Below, piece by piece: positions 32,361 to 42,277 of a DNA stretch of 64,000 nt. The translations under genes were made by a program, and so were the position numbers. The stretch covers positions 186,832-250,831 of the forward strand of contig JAFKEQ010000002.1 in the NCBI GenBank assembly GCA_017308575.1, read 5' to 3'. The notes beneath the pieces are model-generated. The model searched no databases. It had not been told where the DNA came from and saw nothing but the letters and a program-made list of their open reading frames with translations. This stretch comes from Afipia sp. GTDB taxonomy: Bacteria > Pseudomonadota > Alphaproteobacteria > Rhizobiales > Xanthobacteraceae. Within the stretch, counting starts at the first letter, position 1. Each line of letters begins with the position of its first letter.

Positions 32361-32450
32361 TTGTTATGGCCGGGCTTGACCCGGCCATTCCGATTTTAGG
32401 GGCGCTGTGCTTTAAGATCGGGATCACCGGGACAAGCCCGGTGATGACAA
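32361..32450. repeat. family A double-hairpin repeat, copy A4
   Basis: TTGTTATGGCCGGGCTTGACCCGGCCAT ... ATCACCGGGACAAGCCCGGTGATGACAA. Confidence 0.8.
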
Positions 32451-32519
32451 CTCAGGTGGAGACCGTCCGGAAAACACGCCGCGTTACTTTCTCCGCGTGA
32501 TGTCGTAACACCCCTTCGC

Positions 32520-33380
32520 ATGAACTACCGTCACGCCTTTCACGCCGGAAATTTCGCCGATGTCATCAAGCACATCGTGCTGACGCGCATCCTCGTCTAT
32601 CTGCAGGAAAAGCCAGCCGCCTTCCGCGTGATCGATACCCATGCGGGCGCGGGCCTCTACGATCTCACCAGCCGCGAGGCCGAGCGCGGCGGCGAGTGGC
32701 GTTTCGGCATCGCGCGGATGATGCAGGCGCGGTTTTCCGATGCTGTGATGGCGCTGGTCGCGCCCTATCTCGATATCGTGCGCGCCTTCAATCCCACGCG
32801 CGATCTCACCGCCTATCCCGGCTCGCCGCTGGTTGCGCGCGCGCTGCTGCGGCCGCAGGACCGTCTGGTGGCCTGCGAACTGGAGCCGAACGCGCGGCGG
32901 CAACTGATCGATGCGCTCTACAACGACACGCAGGCGCGCGTGGTCGATCTCGATGGCTGGACGGCGCTGCCTGCCTTCGTGCCGCCAAATGAGCGGCGCG
33001 GGCTGGTGCTGATCGATCCGCCCTTCGAGCAGCGCGACGAATTCACGCGGCTGGCGAACGGCTTCAGCGCGGCCCATGCCAAATGGCCGACCGGCATCTA
33101 CATGCTCTGGTATCCGGTGAAAGAGCGCCGCGCAGCGGAGACGCTGGCCGATCAGGTCGCGTGGGTGGCGAATGCCGGAAGCGGCGAGGCGAAATGTCTG
33201 CGCGTGGAATTCAGCGTTGCGCCGCAAACGCCGGAGGCGGGACTGGTGTCGACCGGTCTCTTGATCGTCAATCCGCCCTGGACGCTGGCGGGCGAACTGA
33301 GGGCGATCCTGCACGAACTGGAAAAGCCGCTCGGGCAGGGCGGCGCCGGCCGTTTCCGGGTCGACGCGATCCGGGGCTGA
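32520..33380 (+). CDS. rlmJ: 23S rRNA (adenine2030-N6)-methyltransferase
   Basis: N-terminus MNYRHAFHAGNFADVIKH and the catalytic IDPPFE motif. Confidence 0.9.
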   Translation: MNYRHAFHAGNFADVIKHIVLTRILVYLQEKPAAFRVIDTHAGAGLYDLTSREAERGGEWRFGIARMMQARFSDAVMALVAPYLDIVRAFNPTRDLTAYPGSPLVARALLRPQDRLVACELEPNARRQLIDALYNDTQARVVDLDGWTALPAFVPPNERRGLVLIDPPFEQRDEFTRLANGFSAAHAKWPTGIYMLWYPVKERRAAETLADQVAWVANAGSGEAKCLRVEFSVAPQTPEAGLVSTGLLIVNPPWTLAGELRAILHELEKPLGQGGAGRFRVDAIRG

Positions 33381-33634
33381 GGCTCCTCCGCATTGCGACG
33401 CGCGTGCGAAAATCTCAAAAGCGCCATGGTCAATTTATCGGGAACCGTATTATGCTGATACGGTGAAGCCGGCTTTACATCCCGCGTCCGCGAATGGTCG
33501 CGGCGGAATGACGAGGCTAGAGCGTCGCACCGGTTTTCCCGGGCCCGCTCAACAGGCCAATGCTTTCCGGCGTAATGCCGGCCAGGCCGACGCGCGTTAG
33601 CGCCTCGGCGGAGCAATGCGGGGAGGGGTTCCCG

Positions 33635-33850
33635 ATGGCCATGACGGGTACGGTCAAGTTCTTCAATGCCGAGCGTGGGTACGGCTTCATCAAGCCGGAC
33701 GATGGCGGCCGCGATGTGTTCGTGCACATCACCGCGGTGGAGCGCGCGGGATTGAAAGATCTGATCGAAGGACAGCGCATCAGTTTTGAAGTCGAGCCCG
33801 ACAAGAAGGGCAAGGGACCGAAAGCGGTCGATCTCGTGATTTCGTCCTGA
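33635..33850 (+). CDS. cold-shock protein (CspA family)
   Basis: GTVKFFNAERGYGFI (RNP1) and DVFVHI (RNP2). GGGAGGGG RBS. About 250 nt of upstream spacer, consistent with a long csp leader. Confidence 0.95.
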   Translation: MAMTGTVKFFNAERGYGFIKPDDGGRDVFVHITAVERAGLKDLIEGQRISFEVEPDKKGKGPKAVDLVISS

Positions 33851-33937
33851 ACGAAACGCGCGGTGAAAATAGCTGCGGGCGGCGCGTCATGCGACGCGGT
33901 GTCGGCTTTTGCGCGATTGATCGATTTCAGGCCGTAA

Positions 33938-33972
33938 AGAAAAATCCCGGGCGAGGTGCCCGGGATTTTCGG
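33938..33972. terminator. bidirectional rho-independent terminator (csp / OMP gene)
   Basis: AAAATCCCGGGC-GAGGT-GCCCGGGATTTT, with A and T runs on both sides, between convergent genes. Confidence 0.8.
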
Positions 33973-34000
33973 TGTTTCATGTTTTGAAAGACGGCTTCGA

Positions 34001-34627
34001 TCAGAAGCGGTAGTTCACGCCGACACGGATCGTGCTGAACTGATAGCCGTGCGGAAACCCCGTCAGCACGAAGTTCTTTTCGCCGAGATCGACATACAGA
34101 TATTCGACCTTGGCCGACCAGTTCTGGGTGAGGGCGAATTCCGCGCCGGCGCCCAGGGTCCAGCCTGCGGAGGTCTGGGTTTCCGAGAAGCCGCCCGACG
34201 AGTACTTCGTCGATCCGAACGCGAGACCGCCGGTGCCGTAGAGCAGGATGTTGTTGAAGGCGTAGCCGAGGCGGCCGCGCACGGTGCCGAACCACGGGTT
34301 GGAGAACTTGTAGTTCGCGAAGGTGTCGTCGGCGGAATTGAGCTGCAGGTCGCCTTCGATGCCGACCACGAGCTGGCCGGACTGATAATTATAGCCGGCC
34401 TGCACGCCGCCGAGCACGCCGGACGGGTCGGTGGCGCTGTTGGTTACGGTGCCCCAGCCATAGCCGAGATTGCCGCCGATATACGGGCCCATCCAGCTGT
34501 TGGCGAGCGGCTGGGTGACTGTATAGGGCTGCGAATACGGCCGGCGGCCATAGATGTCGGCCGCCTGCGCGGACATTGTCGCGCATGTTGCTGCGGCTGC
34601 GATCACACCAAAAACTATTCTGCTCAT
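34001..34627 (-). CDS. outer-membrane beta-barrel protein (OmpA-like/OMP_b-brl family)
   Basis: ATG at 34627 with a GGAG RBS. Signal peptide ...ATMSAQA. Alternating beta-strand pattern and a C-terminal VGVNYRF. Confidence 0.8.
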   Translation of the reverse strand: MSRIVFGVIAAAATCATMSAQAADIYGRRPYSQPYTVTQPLANSWMGPYIGGNLGYGWGTVTNSATDPSGVLGGVQAGYNYQSGQLVVGIEGDLQLNSADDTFANYKFSNPWFGTVRGRLGYAFNNILLYGTGGLAFGSTKYSSGGFSETQTSAGWTLGAGAEFALTQNWSAKVEYLYVDLGEKNFVLTGFPHGYQFSTIRVGVNYRF

Positions 34628-34883
34628 CTCAACTCTCCTCACGCGCATCGACTTCCTCGGCTGTCAGTCCTTCGAGGCGCGGCGGACTTGTGGTTACGAA
34701 AGTCCACCTTTCTGCGTAAAATTTATCGAGAGTTTTACGTTAAACGGTCGTTAAGGCGGCTTACCGCCCCGGTAACGTCCCTAAGAAAGTGTTACCAATG
34801 AGACGCCTCGCCAATCCGGCCCGGCCAGAGCGCCGGCCCTTTGGACGCTGGATGAATCGGCGCGCAGCTCCTAAATTCCGGTC

Positions 34884-36938
34884 ATGATTCACGACACCTC
34901 CGATCCGACGCAGCCGCCGGAACAGCCGGCGCAGGATGTTCCCGTGCAGGAACCGCGCCTGCGCGGGCAGGATGTCGATCCCGCATCGCTGGGAGCGGAG
35001 GAAGACGACGAGGCCCGGCTTCCGGAGCCGGTCGATGACGACGCGGGTGAGCCCGCCAGCGAAGGCACTTTCGCGGCGGGACGCGCCGCGATCGAGCGCG
35101 CGGTCAAGCTGGCGCCCACATCGCCCGGCGTCTATCGCATGCTGAATGCGGCCAACGACGTGCTCTATGTCGGCAAGGCCAAGAGCGTGAAGAAGCGCCT
35201 TGCGTCCTACGCACGGCCCACCGGCCAGGTGGCGCGCATCGCGCGGATGATCGCGGCCACGGTCAATGTGGAGATGATCTCCACCGCGACCGAGACCGAA
35301 GCGCTGCTGCTGGAAGCCAATCTCATCAAGCAGCTTCGCCCGCGCTTCAACGTGCAACTGCGCGACGACAAGTCGTTTCCTTACATCCTCATCACCGGCG
35401 ATCACTGGGCGCCGCAGATATTGAAGCATCGCGGCGCGCAGACGCGGCCCGGCCGCTATTTCGGCCCGTTCGCGTCGGTCGGTGCGGTGAACCGCACCAT
35501 CACGGCGTTGCAGCGCGCGTTCCTCGTGCGCTCCTGCACGGATTCGTTTTTCGAGAGCCGGACACGGCCGTGCCTTCTCTATCAAATCAAGCGCTGCTCC
35601 GGTCCCTGCACCAGCGAGATCGATTTCCCCGGCTACACTGAACTCGTGCGAGAAGCGACGGACTTCCTGTCCGGTCGCTCGCGCGCGGTGAAGGGCCTGC
35701 TCGCGGCTGAAATGGAAAAGGCGTCGAACGATCTTGAGTTCGAGCGCGCCGCGCTCTATCGCGACCGTCTTGCCGCGCTGTCCGCGATCCAGTCGCAGCA
35801 GGGCATCAATCCGCGCACGGTGGAGGAAGCGGACGTCTTCGCCATCCATCAGGAGGGCGGCTATTCCTGCGTCGAGGTGTTCTTCTTCCGCACCGGACAG
35901 AACTGGGGCAACCGCGCCTACTTCCCGCGCGCCGACAAGACCATGCCCGCGGAAGAAGTGCTGGGCTCGTTTCTCGCGCAGTTCTACGACGACAAGCCGC
36001 CGCCGAAGCAGGTTTTGCTCTCCCATCGCGTGGACGATCAGGAGTTGCTCGCGGATGCGCTTAACGTGAAGGCCGGGCACAAGGTCGAGGTGCTGGCGCC
36101 GCAGCGCGGCGAGAAGAAGGAGCTGGTCGCGCATGCGCTGACCAATGCGCGCGAGGCGCTGGGCCGCAAGCTGGCGGATACGGCGACCCAGACGCGCCTG
36201 CTGCAAGGTCTCTCCACGGTCCTTAGCCTGCCGCGCGTGCCGCAGCGGATCGAGGTTTATGACAACAGCCACATCCAAGGCACCAATGCCGTCGGCGCGA
36301 TGATCGTCGCGGGGCCGGAAGGTTTCCTGAAAAACCAGTACCGCAAATTCAACATCAAGTCGGACAAGCTCACCCCGGGCGACGATTACGGCATGATGCG
36401 CGAGGTGATGGAACGCCGTTTCAAGCGCCTGATCAACGACGCGGCGGAAGGCAAGAAGCCGAGCGACGATACGGTGCCGCAATGGCCCGATCTGGTCATC
36501 ATCGACGGTGGGCAGGGCCAGCTCAACGCCGCCCGCGAGATCCTCGATGCGCTGAATGTGAGAGATCAGGTTTCATTGATCGCCGTGGCCAAGGGGCCGG
36601 ATCGCGACGCCGGCCGCGAAACCCTGTTCATTCCGGGCCGCCCCTCGATCAAGCTGGAGCCGCGCGACCCCGTGCTCTATTTCATCCAGCGGCTGCGCGA
36701 CGAAGCGCACCGGTTCGTGATCGGCTCGCACCGCAAGCTGCGCAAGAAGGATATCCGCGAGGCCGGATTGCAGGAAATTCCCGGCATCGGCCCGTCGCGC
36801 AAGCGGGCCTTGCTGCATCATTTCGGAACCTTGAAGGAAATCGAGCGCGCTTCGGTGGCGGATCTCGGCAAGGTTCCGGGCGTCAGCGCCGAAAGTGCGC
36901 GCAAAATCTTCGACTTCTTCCATCCGGGCAGCAACTGA
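34884..36938 (+). CDS. uvrC: excinuclease ABC subunit C
   Basis: GIY-YIG segment [24 protein letters not shown], a UVR domain, an endonuclease V-like domain and a C-terminal HhH ([13 protein letters not shown]). Confidence 0.95.
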   Translation: MIHDTSDPTQPPEQPAQDVPVQEPRLRGQDVDPASLGAEEDDEARLPEPVDDDAGEPASEGTFAAGRAAIERAVKLAPTSPGVYRMLNAANDVLYVGKAKSVKKRLASYARPTGQVARIARMIAATVNVEMISTATETEALLLEANLIKQLRPRFNVQLRDDKSFPYILITGDHWAPQILKHRGAQTRPGRYFGPFASVGAVNRTITALQRAFLVRSCTDSFFESRTRPCLLYQIKRCSGPCTSEIDFPGYTELVREATDFLSGRSRAVKGLLAAEMEKASNDLEFERAALYRDRLAALSAIQSQQGINPRTVEEADVFAIHQEGGYSCVEVFFFRTGQNWGNRAYFPRADKTMPAEEVLGSFLAQFYDDKPPPKQVLLSHRVDDQELLADALNVKAGHKVEVLAPQRGEKKELVAHALTNAREALGRKLADTATQTRLLQGLSTVLSLPRVPQRIEVYDNSHIQGTNAVGAMIVAGPEGFLKNQYRKFNIKSDKLTPGDDYGMMREVMERRFKRLINDAAEGKKPSDDTVPQWPDLVIIDGGQGQLNAAREILDALNVRDQVSLIAVAKGPDRDAGRETLFIPGRPSIKLEPRDPVLYFIQRLRDEAHRFVIGSHRKLRKKDIREAGLQEIPGIGPSRKRALLHHFGTLKEIERASVADLGKVPGVSAESARKIFDFFHPGSN

Positions 36939-37021
36939 CGGTATCGCAGCCCGGATTTTAGCCTCTCGAAATGCACAACCCGGACTGTTGACGGGCGCGT
37001 TTTCGCAGTATTGGTAGCCGC

Positions 37022-37636
37022 ATGGTTAGTGTCGTCACTCCGAAGCCGGCGAAGCGCTCGCTGTCTTTGCCCAACATCCTCACCTATTCCCGGATCGCCG
37101 CGATTCCGGTGGTGATCGGCTGCATGTATGCGCAGTCCATCCTGGGCGCGCCGCTGTGGCTGCGCTGGGTGGCGCTGTTCGTGTTCATCGCTGCGGGCGT
37201 GACCGATTTCCTCGACGGCTATTACGCCCGCATCTGGGATCAGCAGTCCTCACTGGGCAAAATGCTGGACCCGATCGCGGACAAGCTGCTGGTGGCGTCG
37301 TGTCTGCTGATGCTGGCGGCGGACGAGACGATTCGCGGCTGGTCGCTCTGGGCCGCGATCGTGATCCTGTGCCGCGAAATTCTGGTGTCGGGCCTGCGCG
37401 AATATCTCGCGGCCATCCGCATCAGCGTTCCGGTGTCACAATTGGCGAAATGGAAGACCACGGTGCAGCTGGTCGCGCTCGGATTCCTGATCGCGGGAGA
37501 GGCGGGCGAAATGGTCCTGCCGCCGACGGTCCTGATCGGCATCGTGCTGTTGTGGATTTCGGCGATCCTGACCATCTACACCGGATGGGATTACCTGCGC
37601 GCAGGAATTCATCATCTGACCGAGGAAGACCGGTGA
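37022..37636 (+). CDS. pgsA: CDP-diacylglycerol--glycerol-3-phosphate 3-phosphatidyltransferase
   Basis: CDP-alcohol phosphatidyltransferase motif DFLDGYYAR..G..LDPIADK and multiple TM helices. Confidence 0.9.
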   Translation: MVSVVTPKPAKRSLSLPNILTYSRIAAIPVVIGCMYAQSILGAPLWLRWVALFVFIAAGVTDFLDGYYARIWDQQSSLGKMLDPIADKLLVASCLLMLAADETIRGWSLWAAIVILCREILVSGLREYLAAIRISVPVSQLAKWKTTVQLVALGFLIAGEAGEMVLPPTVLIGIVLLWISAILTIYTGWDYLRAGIHHLTEEDR

Positions 37637-37884
37637 AGGTTCTCTATTTCGCCTGGGTGCGCGAACGCATCGGCAAGGCCGAGGAAACCGTCGAGCCGCC
37701 CGCGAGCGTGCGCACCGTCTCCGACCTGATGGAATGGCTGGTGGCGCGCGGCGAGGAATACGCCAACGCCTTCGCGTCGCCGAAAACGATCCGCGCCGCC
37801 ATCGACCGGACTCATGTGAAGGGCGATGCCGCCATCGCGGGCGCGCGCGAGATCGCGTTCTTCCCGCCGATGACGGGCGGCTAG
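37633..37884 (+). CDS. moaD: molybdopterin synthase sulfur-carrier subunit
   Basis: GTG at 37633 overlaps the pgsA TGA (GTGA). 83 aa, VKVLYFAWVRERIGK..., ending in FPPMTGG (C-terminal Gly-Gly). Confidence 0.85.
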   Translation: MKVLYFAWVRERIGKAEETVEPPASVRTVSDLMEWLVARGEEYANAFASPKTIRAAIDRTHVKGDAAIAGAREIAFFPPMTGG

Positions 37885-37932
37885 CGCATGATCCGGTAAA
37901 GTGGGAACCGGTTTTCCGATCAGATCATGCGC
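37884..37932. repeat. 49-nt palindromic element between moaD and moaE
   Basis: GCGCATGATC (37884-37893) pairs with GATCATGCGC (37923-37932). Inner GGTAAAGTGGGAACCGGTTTTCC has partial self-complementarity. Confidence 0.7.
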
Positions 37933-37949
37933 AAAACAAGAAGTGCCAA

Positions 37950-38420
37950 ATGACGGTGCCCGTCACCATCCGCATCCAGTCCGATGATTTCGACATCGCG
38001 GCGGAAATTGCCGCGCTGACAAAAATCAATACCGATATCGGCGCGGTGGTCTCGTTCTCCGGCATCTGCCGCGGGGGCAACGGTCCCGACGCCATCGCCG
38101 CGATGACGCTGGAGCATTATCCCGGCATGGCGGAAGCGGAGATCGGACGGCATGTGGCCGAAGCGGTGACGCGCTGGCCGCTGGACGGCGTCACCGTGAT
38201 CCACCGCTATGGCCGCGTGGTGCCGGGCGACAATATCGTTCTGGTGCTGGCGGCCTCGAAGCATCGCGAGGCGGCGTTTCAGGCGGCGGAATTCCTGATG
38301 GACTATCTGAAGACAAGCGCGCCGTTCTGGAAATCCGAAGAGCGCGGGGACGGCACAAATGCAGGCTGGGTCGAAGCGCAGGCCCATGACGACAACGCAG
38401 CGGCGCGGTGGGAAAAGTAA
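37950..38420 (+). CDS. moaE: molybdopterin synthase catalytic subunit
   Basis: 156 aa. MoaE pattern GAVVSFSGICR ... MTLEHYPGMAE ... HRYGRVVPGDNIVLVLAASKHR ... APFWK. Confidence 0.9.
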   Translation: MTVPVTIRIQSDDFDIAAEIAALTKINTDIGAVVSFSGICRGGNGPDAIAAMTLEHYPGMAEAEIGRHVAEAVTRWPLDGVTVIHRYGRVVPGDNIVLVLAASKHREAAFQAAEFLMDYLKTSAPFWKSEERGDGTNAGWVEAQAHDDNAAARWEK

Positions 38421-39430
38421 TGGCGAAGAGAGCGAAATCGGCTGCGAAGGCATCCGCGAAAAAGACTCCGGCAAAGAAAGCCGCGGCAAAGGCGAAAATC
38501 CTCAAGCCCGCGGCTTCGCTCAAGGTTGCGCCGGGCGAGTTGCAGACGCTGCTCGATCTCGTGCGCTATGGCGTGAGCCGGTTTGTCGAAGCCGACGTGG
38601 CTTTCGCGCACGGCACCACCGATCCGGTCGCTGAGGCCGCGTTCCTTGTCTGTGAGGCGCTGCATCTGCATCCCGATCAGTTCGAGATGTTCGCCCATGC
38701 GCGTGTCACGGCGCAGGAAGCGGCAAAGATTCTGGCGCTGTTCGACAGGCGCGTCACCACGCGGAAGCCCGCCGCCTATCTCGTCAACAAGATCTACATG
38801 CGCGGTCTGCCGTTCTATGTGGACGAACGCACCATCGTGCCGCGCTCATTCATCGGCGAACTGCTGGATTCGCATCTCAGCGGCGCGATGGAAGAAGAGG
38901 GCGGCTCGCTGATCGATAATCCGGGCAGCATCACCCGCGTGCTCGATCTGTGCACCGGTTCGGGGTGTCTCGCCATTCTCGCCAGCCACAGTTTCCCGAA
39001 CGCCACCGTCGATGCGGTGGATATTTCCGCCGATGCGCTGGCGGTGGCCGCGCGCAATGTCGAGGACTATGGGCTGGAGGATCGCGTCTCGCTCTATCAG
39101 GGCGATCTGTTCGATGCCATCGGCGACGAGCGTTACGATCTCATCATCACCAATCCGCCCTATGTCGATGCCGAAGGCATGGCGGGCCTGCCGCGCGAAT
39201 GCCTGCACGAACCGCAGATCGCGTTCGACGGCGGCGATGACGGCCTCGATCTGGTGCGGCGGATTCTCGACGGCGCCAGGGATCACCTGACGCCGGACGG
39301 CGGGCTGCTTTGCGAAATCGGCCGCGGCATCGATGTGCTGACCGATGCCTATCCCAACCTGCCATTGCTCTGGCTCGACACCGAGGATTCCGAAGGCGAG
39401 GTGTTCTGGGTGACGGCGGAAGCGTTGTAG
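38420..39430 (+). CDS. prmB: ribosomal protein L3 N5-glutamine methyltransferase with Lys/Ala-rich N-terminal tail
   Basis: ATG at 38420 overlaps the moaE TAA (TAATG). ELQTLLDLVRYGVSRF..AHGTTDP aligns by eye with the E. coli PrmB N-terminus. DLCTGSGC SAM loop and NPPYV motif. Confidence 0.85.
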   Translation: MAKRAKSAAKASAKKTPAKKAAAKAKILKPAASLKVAPGELQTLLDLVRYGVSRFVEADVAFAHGTTDPVAEAAFLVCEALHLHPDQFEMFAHARVTAQEAAKILALFDRRVTTRKPAAYLVNKIYMRGLPFYVDERTIVPRSFIGELLDSHLSGAMEEEGGSLIDNPGSITRVLDLCTGSGCLAILASHSFPNATVDAVDISADALAVAARNVEDYGLEDRVSLYQGDLFDAIGDERYDLIITNPPYVDAEGMAGLPRECLHEPQIAFDGGDDGLDLVRRILDGARDHLTPDGGLLCEIGRGIDVLTDAYPNLPLLWLDTEDSEGEVFWVTAEAL

Positions 39431-39446
39431 CGCCGCCAAAATGCAG

Positions 39447-39565
39447 GTCGTCCCGGCGCAGGCCGGGACCGATATTCCCACGACTCTCGTTTTAGCAGGG
39501 CGCAGTCATCTTCTTTGCAAGACACGCCGACAGGGGTGATGGGTCCCGGCCTGCGCCGGGATGAC
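39447..39565. repeat. family C terminal-hairpin repeat, copy C1
   Basis: GTCGTCCCGGCGCAGGCCGGGACC ... GGGTCCCGGCCTGCGCCGGGATGAC. Each terminus is an 8-bp hairpin, and the two termini are inverted copies of each other. Confidence 0.8.
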
Positions 39566-39580
39566 CCCTTTAGTGCGTCC

Positions 39581-40702
39581 TCACAGCACCTTCCTGATCC
39601 AGCCATGCGTATCCGCCGCGCGGCCGTACTGGATGTCGACAAGCTGTTTGCGCAGCCCCATCGCGACAGGACCTGCAGCGCCGCCGTTGATGGTGAAGTC
39701 GCCGCTGGTCGAGCAGACTTTTCCGATCGGCGAGATGACCGCCGCGGTGCCGCAGGCGAACGCTTCTTTCAGCTTGCCGCTGGCCGCATCGGCGCGCCAC
39801 TGATCGATGGTGTAAGTCTCCTCGCGCACGCGCTTGCCCGCTTCCTTCGCCAGCGTGATGATCGAGTCGCGCGTGATGCCGGGCAGAATGGTGCCGAGCG
39901 GCGGCGTCAGCAGCGAGCCGTCGTCGAACACGAAGAACACGTTCATGCCGCCGAGTTCTTCGATATAGCGGCGCTCCACCGCGTCGAGGAACACCACCTG
40001 ATCGCAGCCATGCTGGATCGCCTCGGCCTGCGCGCGCAAGGACGCGGCATAGTTGCCGCCGCACTTGACGGCGCCGGTGCCGCCGATCGCGGCGCGGGTG
40101 TAGTTCTCCGACACCCAGATCGACACTGGGGCAGGGCCGCCCTTGAAGTACGAGCCGACCGGCGAGGCGATCACGGCGAAGATGTATTCGGCCGACGGCT
40201 TCACGCCGAGGAACACCTCATTGGCGATCATGAACGGCCGCAGATAAAGGCTGCCTTCGCCGCCGGGCATCCAGGCGCGGTCGATACGCACGATCTGCTC
40301 CACGGCTTCGATGAAGACATGCTCGGGCAGCGGGGCCATCGCCATGCGGTCGGCGGAACTCTGGAAACGCTTCGCGTTGGCGTCGGGGCGGAACAGATTC
40401 ACGCCGCCGTCGTCGCGCTTGTAGGCTTTGAGGCCTTCGAAAATTTCCTGGGCGTAGTGCAGCACGGCGGTCGCCGGATCGAGCGCGAAGTTCGCGCGGG
40501 ATTCGACGCGGGCGCCATGCCAGCCCTTTGCCTGGCTGTAGCGCACCACGGCCATGTGATCGGTGAAGACCCGTCCGAAACCGGGATCGGCGAGCTTTGC
40601 GACGCGCTCGGCCTCCGGCGTCGGATTCGCTGCGGACTGAACCTCGAAGTCCAGCACCATCGCACCGTCGATCTTATCGAATGCAACTCCCGAAATTCCC
40701 AT
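39581..40702 (-). CDS. ilvE: branched-chain amino acid aminotransferase (long class IV type)
   Basis: 373 aa. FTDHM, LHYAQEIFEGLKAYK (PLP Lys), the motif EELGGMNVFFV and the motif GITRDS. GGGAGAAGAG RBS. Confidence 0.9.
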   Translation of the reverse strand: MGISGVAFDKIDGAMVLDFEVQSAANPTPEAERVAKLADPGFGRVFTDHMAVVRYSQAKGWHGARVESRANFALDPATAVLHYAQEIFEGLKAYKRDDGGVNLFRPDANAKRFQSSADRMAMAPLPEHVFIEAVEQIVRIDRAWMPGGEGSLYLRPFMIANEVFLGVKPSAEYIFAVIASPVGSYFKGGPAPVSIWVSENYTRAAIGGTGAVKCGGNYAASLRAQAEAIQHGCDQVVFLDAVERRYIEELGGMNVFFVFDDGSLLTPPLGTILPGITRDSIITLAKEAGKRVREETYTIDQWRADAASGKLKEAFACGTAAVISPIGKVCSTSGDFTINGGAAGPVAMGLRKQLVDIQYGRAADTHGWIRKVL

Positions 40703-40984
40703 CGCTCTTCTCCCGGCTTTGATGTCAGTCCACGCGGCGGCGGGCTGGTCGTTTCTGACTTGGCCTCGCCAGCCGCAGGGCCGGTTTCCGCTTTGGCGGA
40801 AGGCGCGAAGTCAGTATGTTTGCCGAGATGCTGCTCGACAATCGCACAATGAAAGAAACTGTGGCCTGGGCCGCCTTCGTCGCACCCATGCGCGCGAAGT
40901 TTAGAACCAGGAATGGCGGGCGAAACGAACTAATATTTCGTCGTCATCGACATTTTCGTAACATTGAAACGCATATACGTCAAC

Positions 40985-41536
40985 ATGACTGACATAAAAT
41001 TTGCAAATCCCGGGGGACAGCCCACCGGTGCCGCCTCCGGTCCCGGTACGGCCGGGGCCGATCCGTTGCGCTGGGACATCATCGAACTGCTGTTTTTCGC
41101 CTACCGGGATTTCGTCGGCGACGCCGACCATGTGCTGGAGGAATTCGGCTTCGGCCGCGCCCATCACCGCGTGGTCCATTTCGTCACGCGCTATCCGGGG
41201 CTGAAGGTCGCGGACCTGCTCGACGTGCTGCGGATCACCAAGCAGTCGCTCGGGCGCGTTCTCAAGCAACTGCTCGACGAGGGCTACATCGTCCAGAAGG
41301 CGGGCGACAATGATCGCCGCCAGCGTCTTCTTTTCGCCACGGCCAAGGGCGAGGCCCTTGTGACCAAACTGGCCGGGCTGCAGACCACCCGGATCACCCG
41401 CGCGCTGGACGGCATGGATCCCGCGGCCGCCGACAATGCGCGCCAGTTCCTGCTGAACATGATCGACCATGAGGATCCCGACAAGGTGCTGGACGTGATC
41501 CTCAAGAGCGGACGCAAGGCGAAGGACGCAAGGTGA
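40985..41536 (+). CDS. MarR family transcriptional regulator
   Basis: Winged-helix segment LKVADLLDVLRITKQSLGRVLKQLLDEGYIVQKAGDNDRRQRLL. Overlaps the downstream response-regulator start. Confidence 0.8.
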   Translation: MTDIKFANPGGQPTGAASGPGTAGADPLRWDIIELLFFAYRDFVGDADHVLEEFGFGRAHHRVVHFVTRYPGLKVADLLDVLRITKQSLGRVLKQLLDEGYIVQKAGDNDRRQRLLFATAKGEALVTKLAGLQTTRITRALDGMDPAAADNARQFLLNMIDHEDPDKVLDVILKSGRKAKDAR

Positions 41537-42258
41537 ACGAGATCGCCACATCGGTGCGCCCCGGGCGCAGGATTCCGGACGATGCGCCGCATCTGCTGCT
41601 GGTGGACGACGACCGGCGCATCCGCGATCTGCTGTCGCGGTTTCTTGCCGGCGAAGGCTATCGCGTCACCACCGCCAAGAGCGCGGCCGACGCGCGCGCC
41701 AAGTTGCAGGGGCTGCATTTCGATCTGCTGATCCTCGACGTGATGATGCCGGGCGAAACCGGCTTCGAATTCGCGCGCTCCATTCGCACCTCGTCTACGG
41801 TCCCAATCATCATGCTGACCGCGCGGCACGAGGCGGAGAGCCGGATCGAGGGCTTGCAGATCGGCGCGGATGATTATGTCGCCAAGCCGTTCGAGCCGCG
41901 CGAGCTTGTGCTGCGCATCGCCAACATCCTCAAGCGCGCGGCGCCCGTGGTCGCGCCGCCGGTCGAATCGGTCGCGTTCGGTCCTTACGTCTATCATCTG
42001 GAGCGCGGCGAGTTGCGCGACGGCGACAAGGTCGTTCATCTCACCGACCGCGAGCGCGACATGCTGCGGATTCTGGCCACCACGCCCGGAGAAACCGTGC
42101 CGCGCGCCGCGCTGACCGGCGGCGACGGCAGCGTGAACGAGCGCGCGGTGGACGTGCAGATCAACCGGTTGCGGCGCAAGATCGAGCGCGATCCCGCCAA
42201 TCCGCTGTTCCTGCAGGCGGTGCGCGGCATCGGCTATCGCCTTGTGGCGTCGCCATGA
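41533..42258 (+). CDS. ompR: OmpR family response regulator
   Basis: GTG at 41533 overlaps the MarR TGA. Receiver domain (LLVDDD, ILDVMMPG, KPF) plus a winged-helix output (VDVQINRLRRKIE..IGYRL). Confidence 0.9.
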   Translation: MNEIATSVRPGRRIPDDAPHLLLVDDDRRIRDLLSRFLAGEGYRVTTAKSAADARAKLQGLHFDLLILDVMMPGETGFEFARSIRTSSTVPIIMLTARHEAESRIEGLQIGADDYVAKPFEPRELVLRIANILKRAAPVVAPPVESVAFGPYVYHLERGELRDGDKVVHLTDRERDMLRILATTPGETVPRAALTGGDGSVNERAVDVQINRLRRKIERDPANPLFLQAVRGIGYRLVASP

Positions 42259-42277
42259 ACAGGCGCGGCGCATCGTC

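Noticed and set aside
34761-36482. 573-aa minus-strand ORF opposite uvrC. The same reasoning applies to 2040..3254, 8701..9780, 10515..11438, 11544..12767, 13367..14230, 23356..24816, 39515..40852, 41284..42381, 42161..43774, 45634..46671, 50275..51246, 52766..53782, 54024..54977, 57414..58724 and 61351..62019.
   Set aside because: Each is antisense to a CDS with strong family motifs, lacks any recognisable domain and has the biased Arg/Ala/Gly/His composition of non-coding frames in GC-rich DNA.
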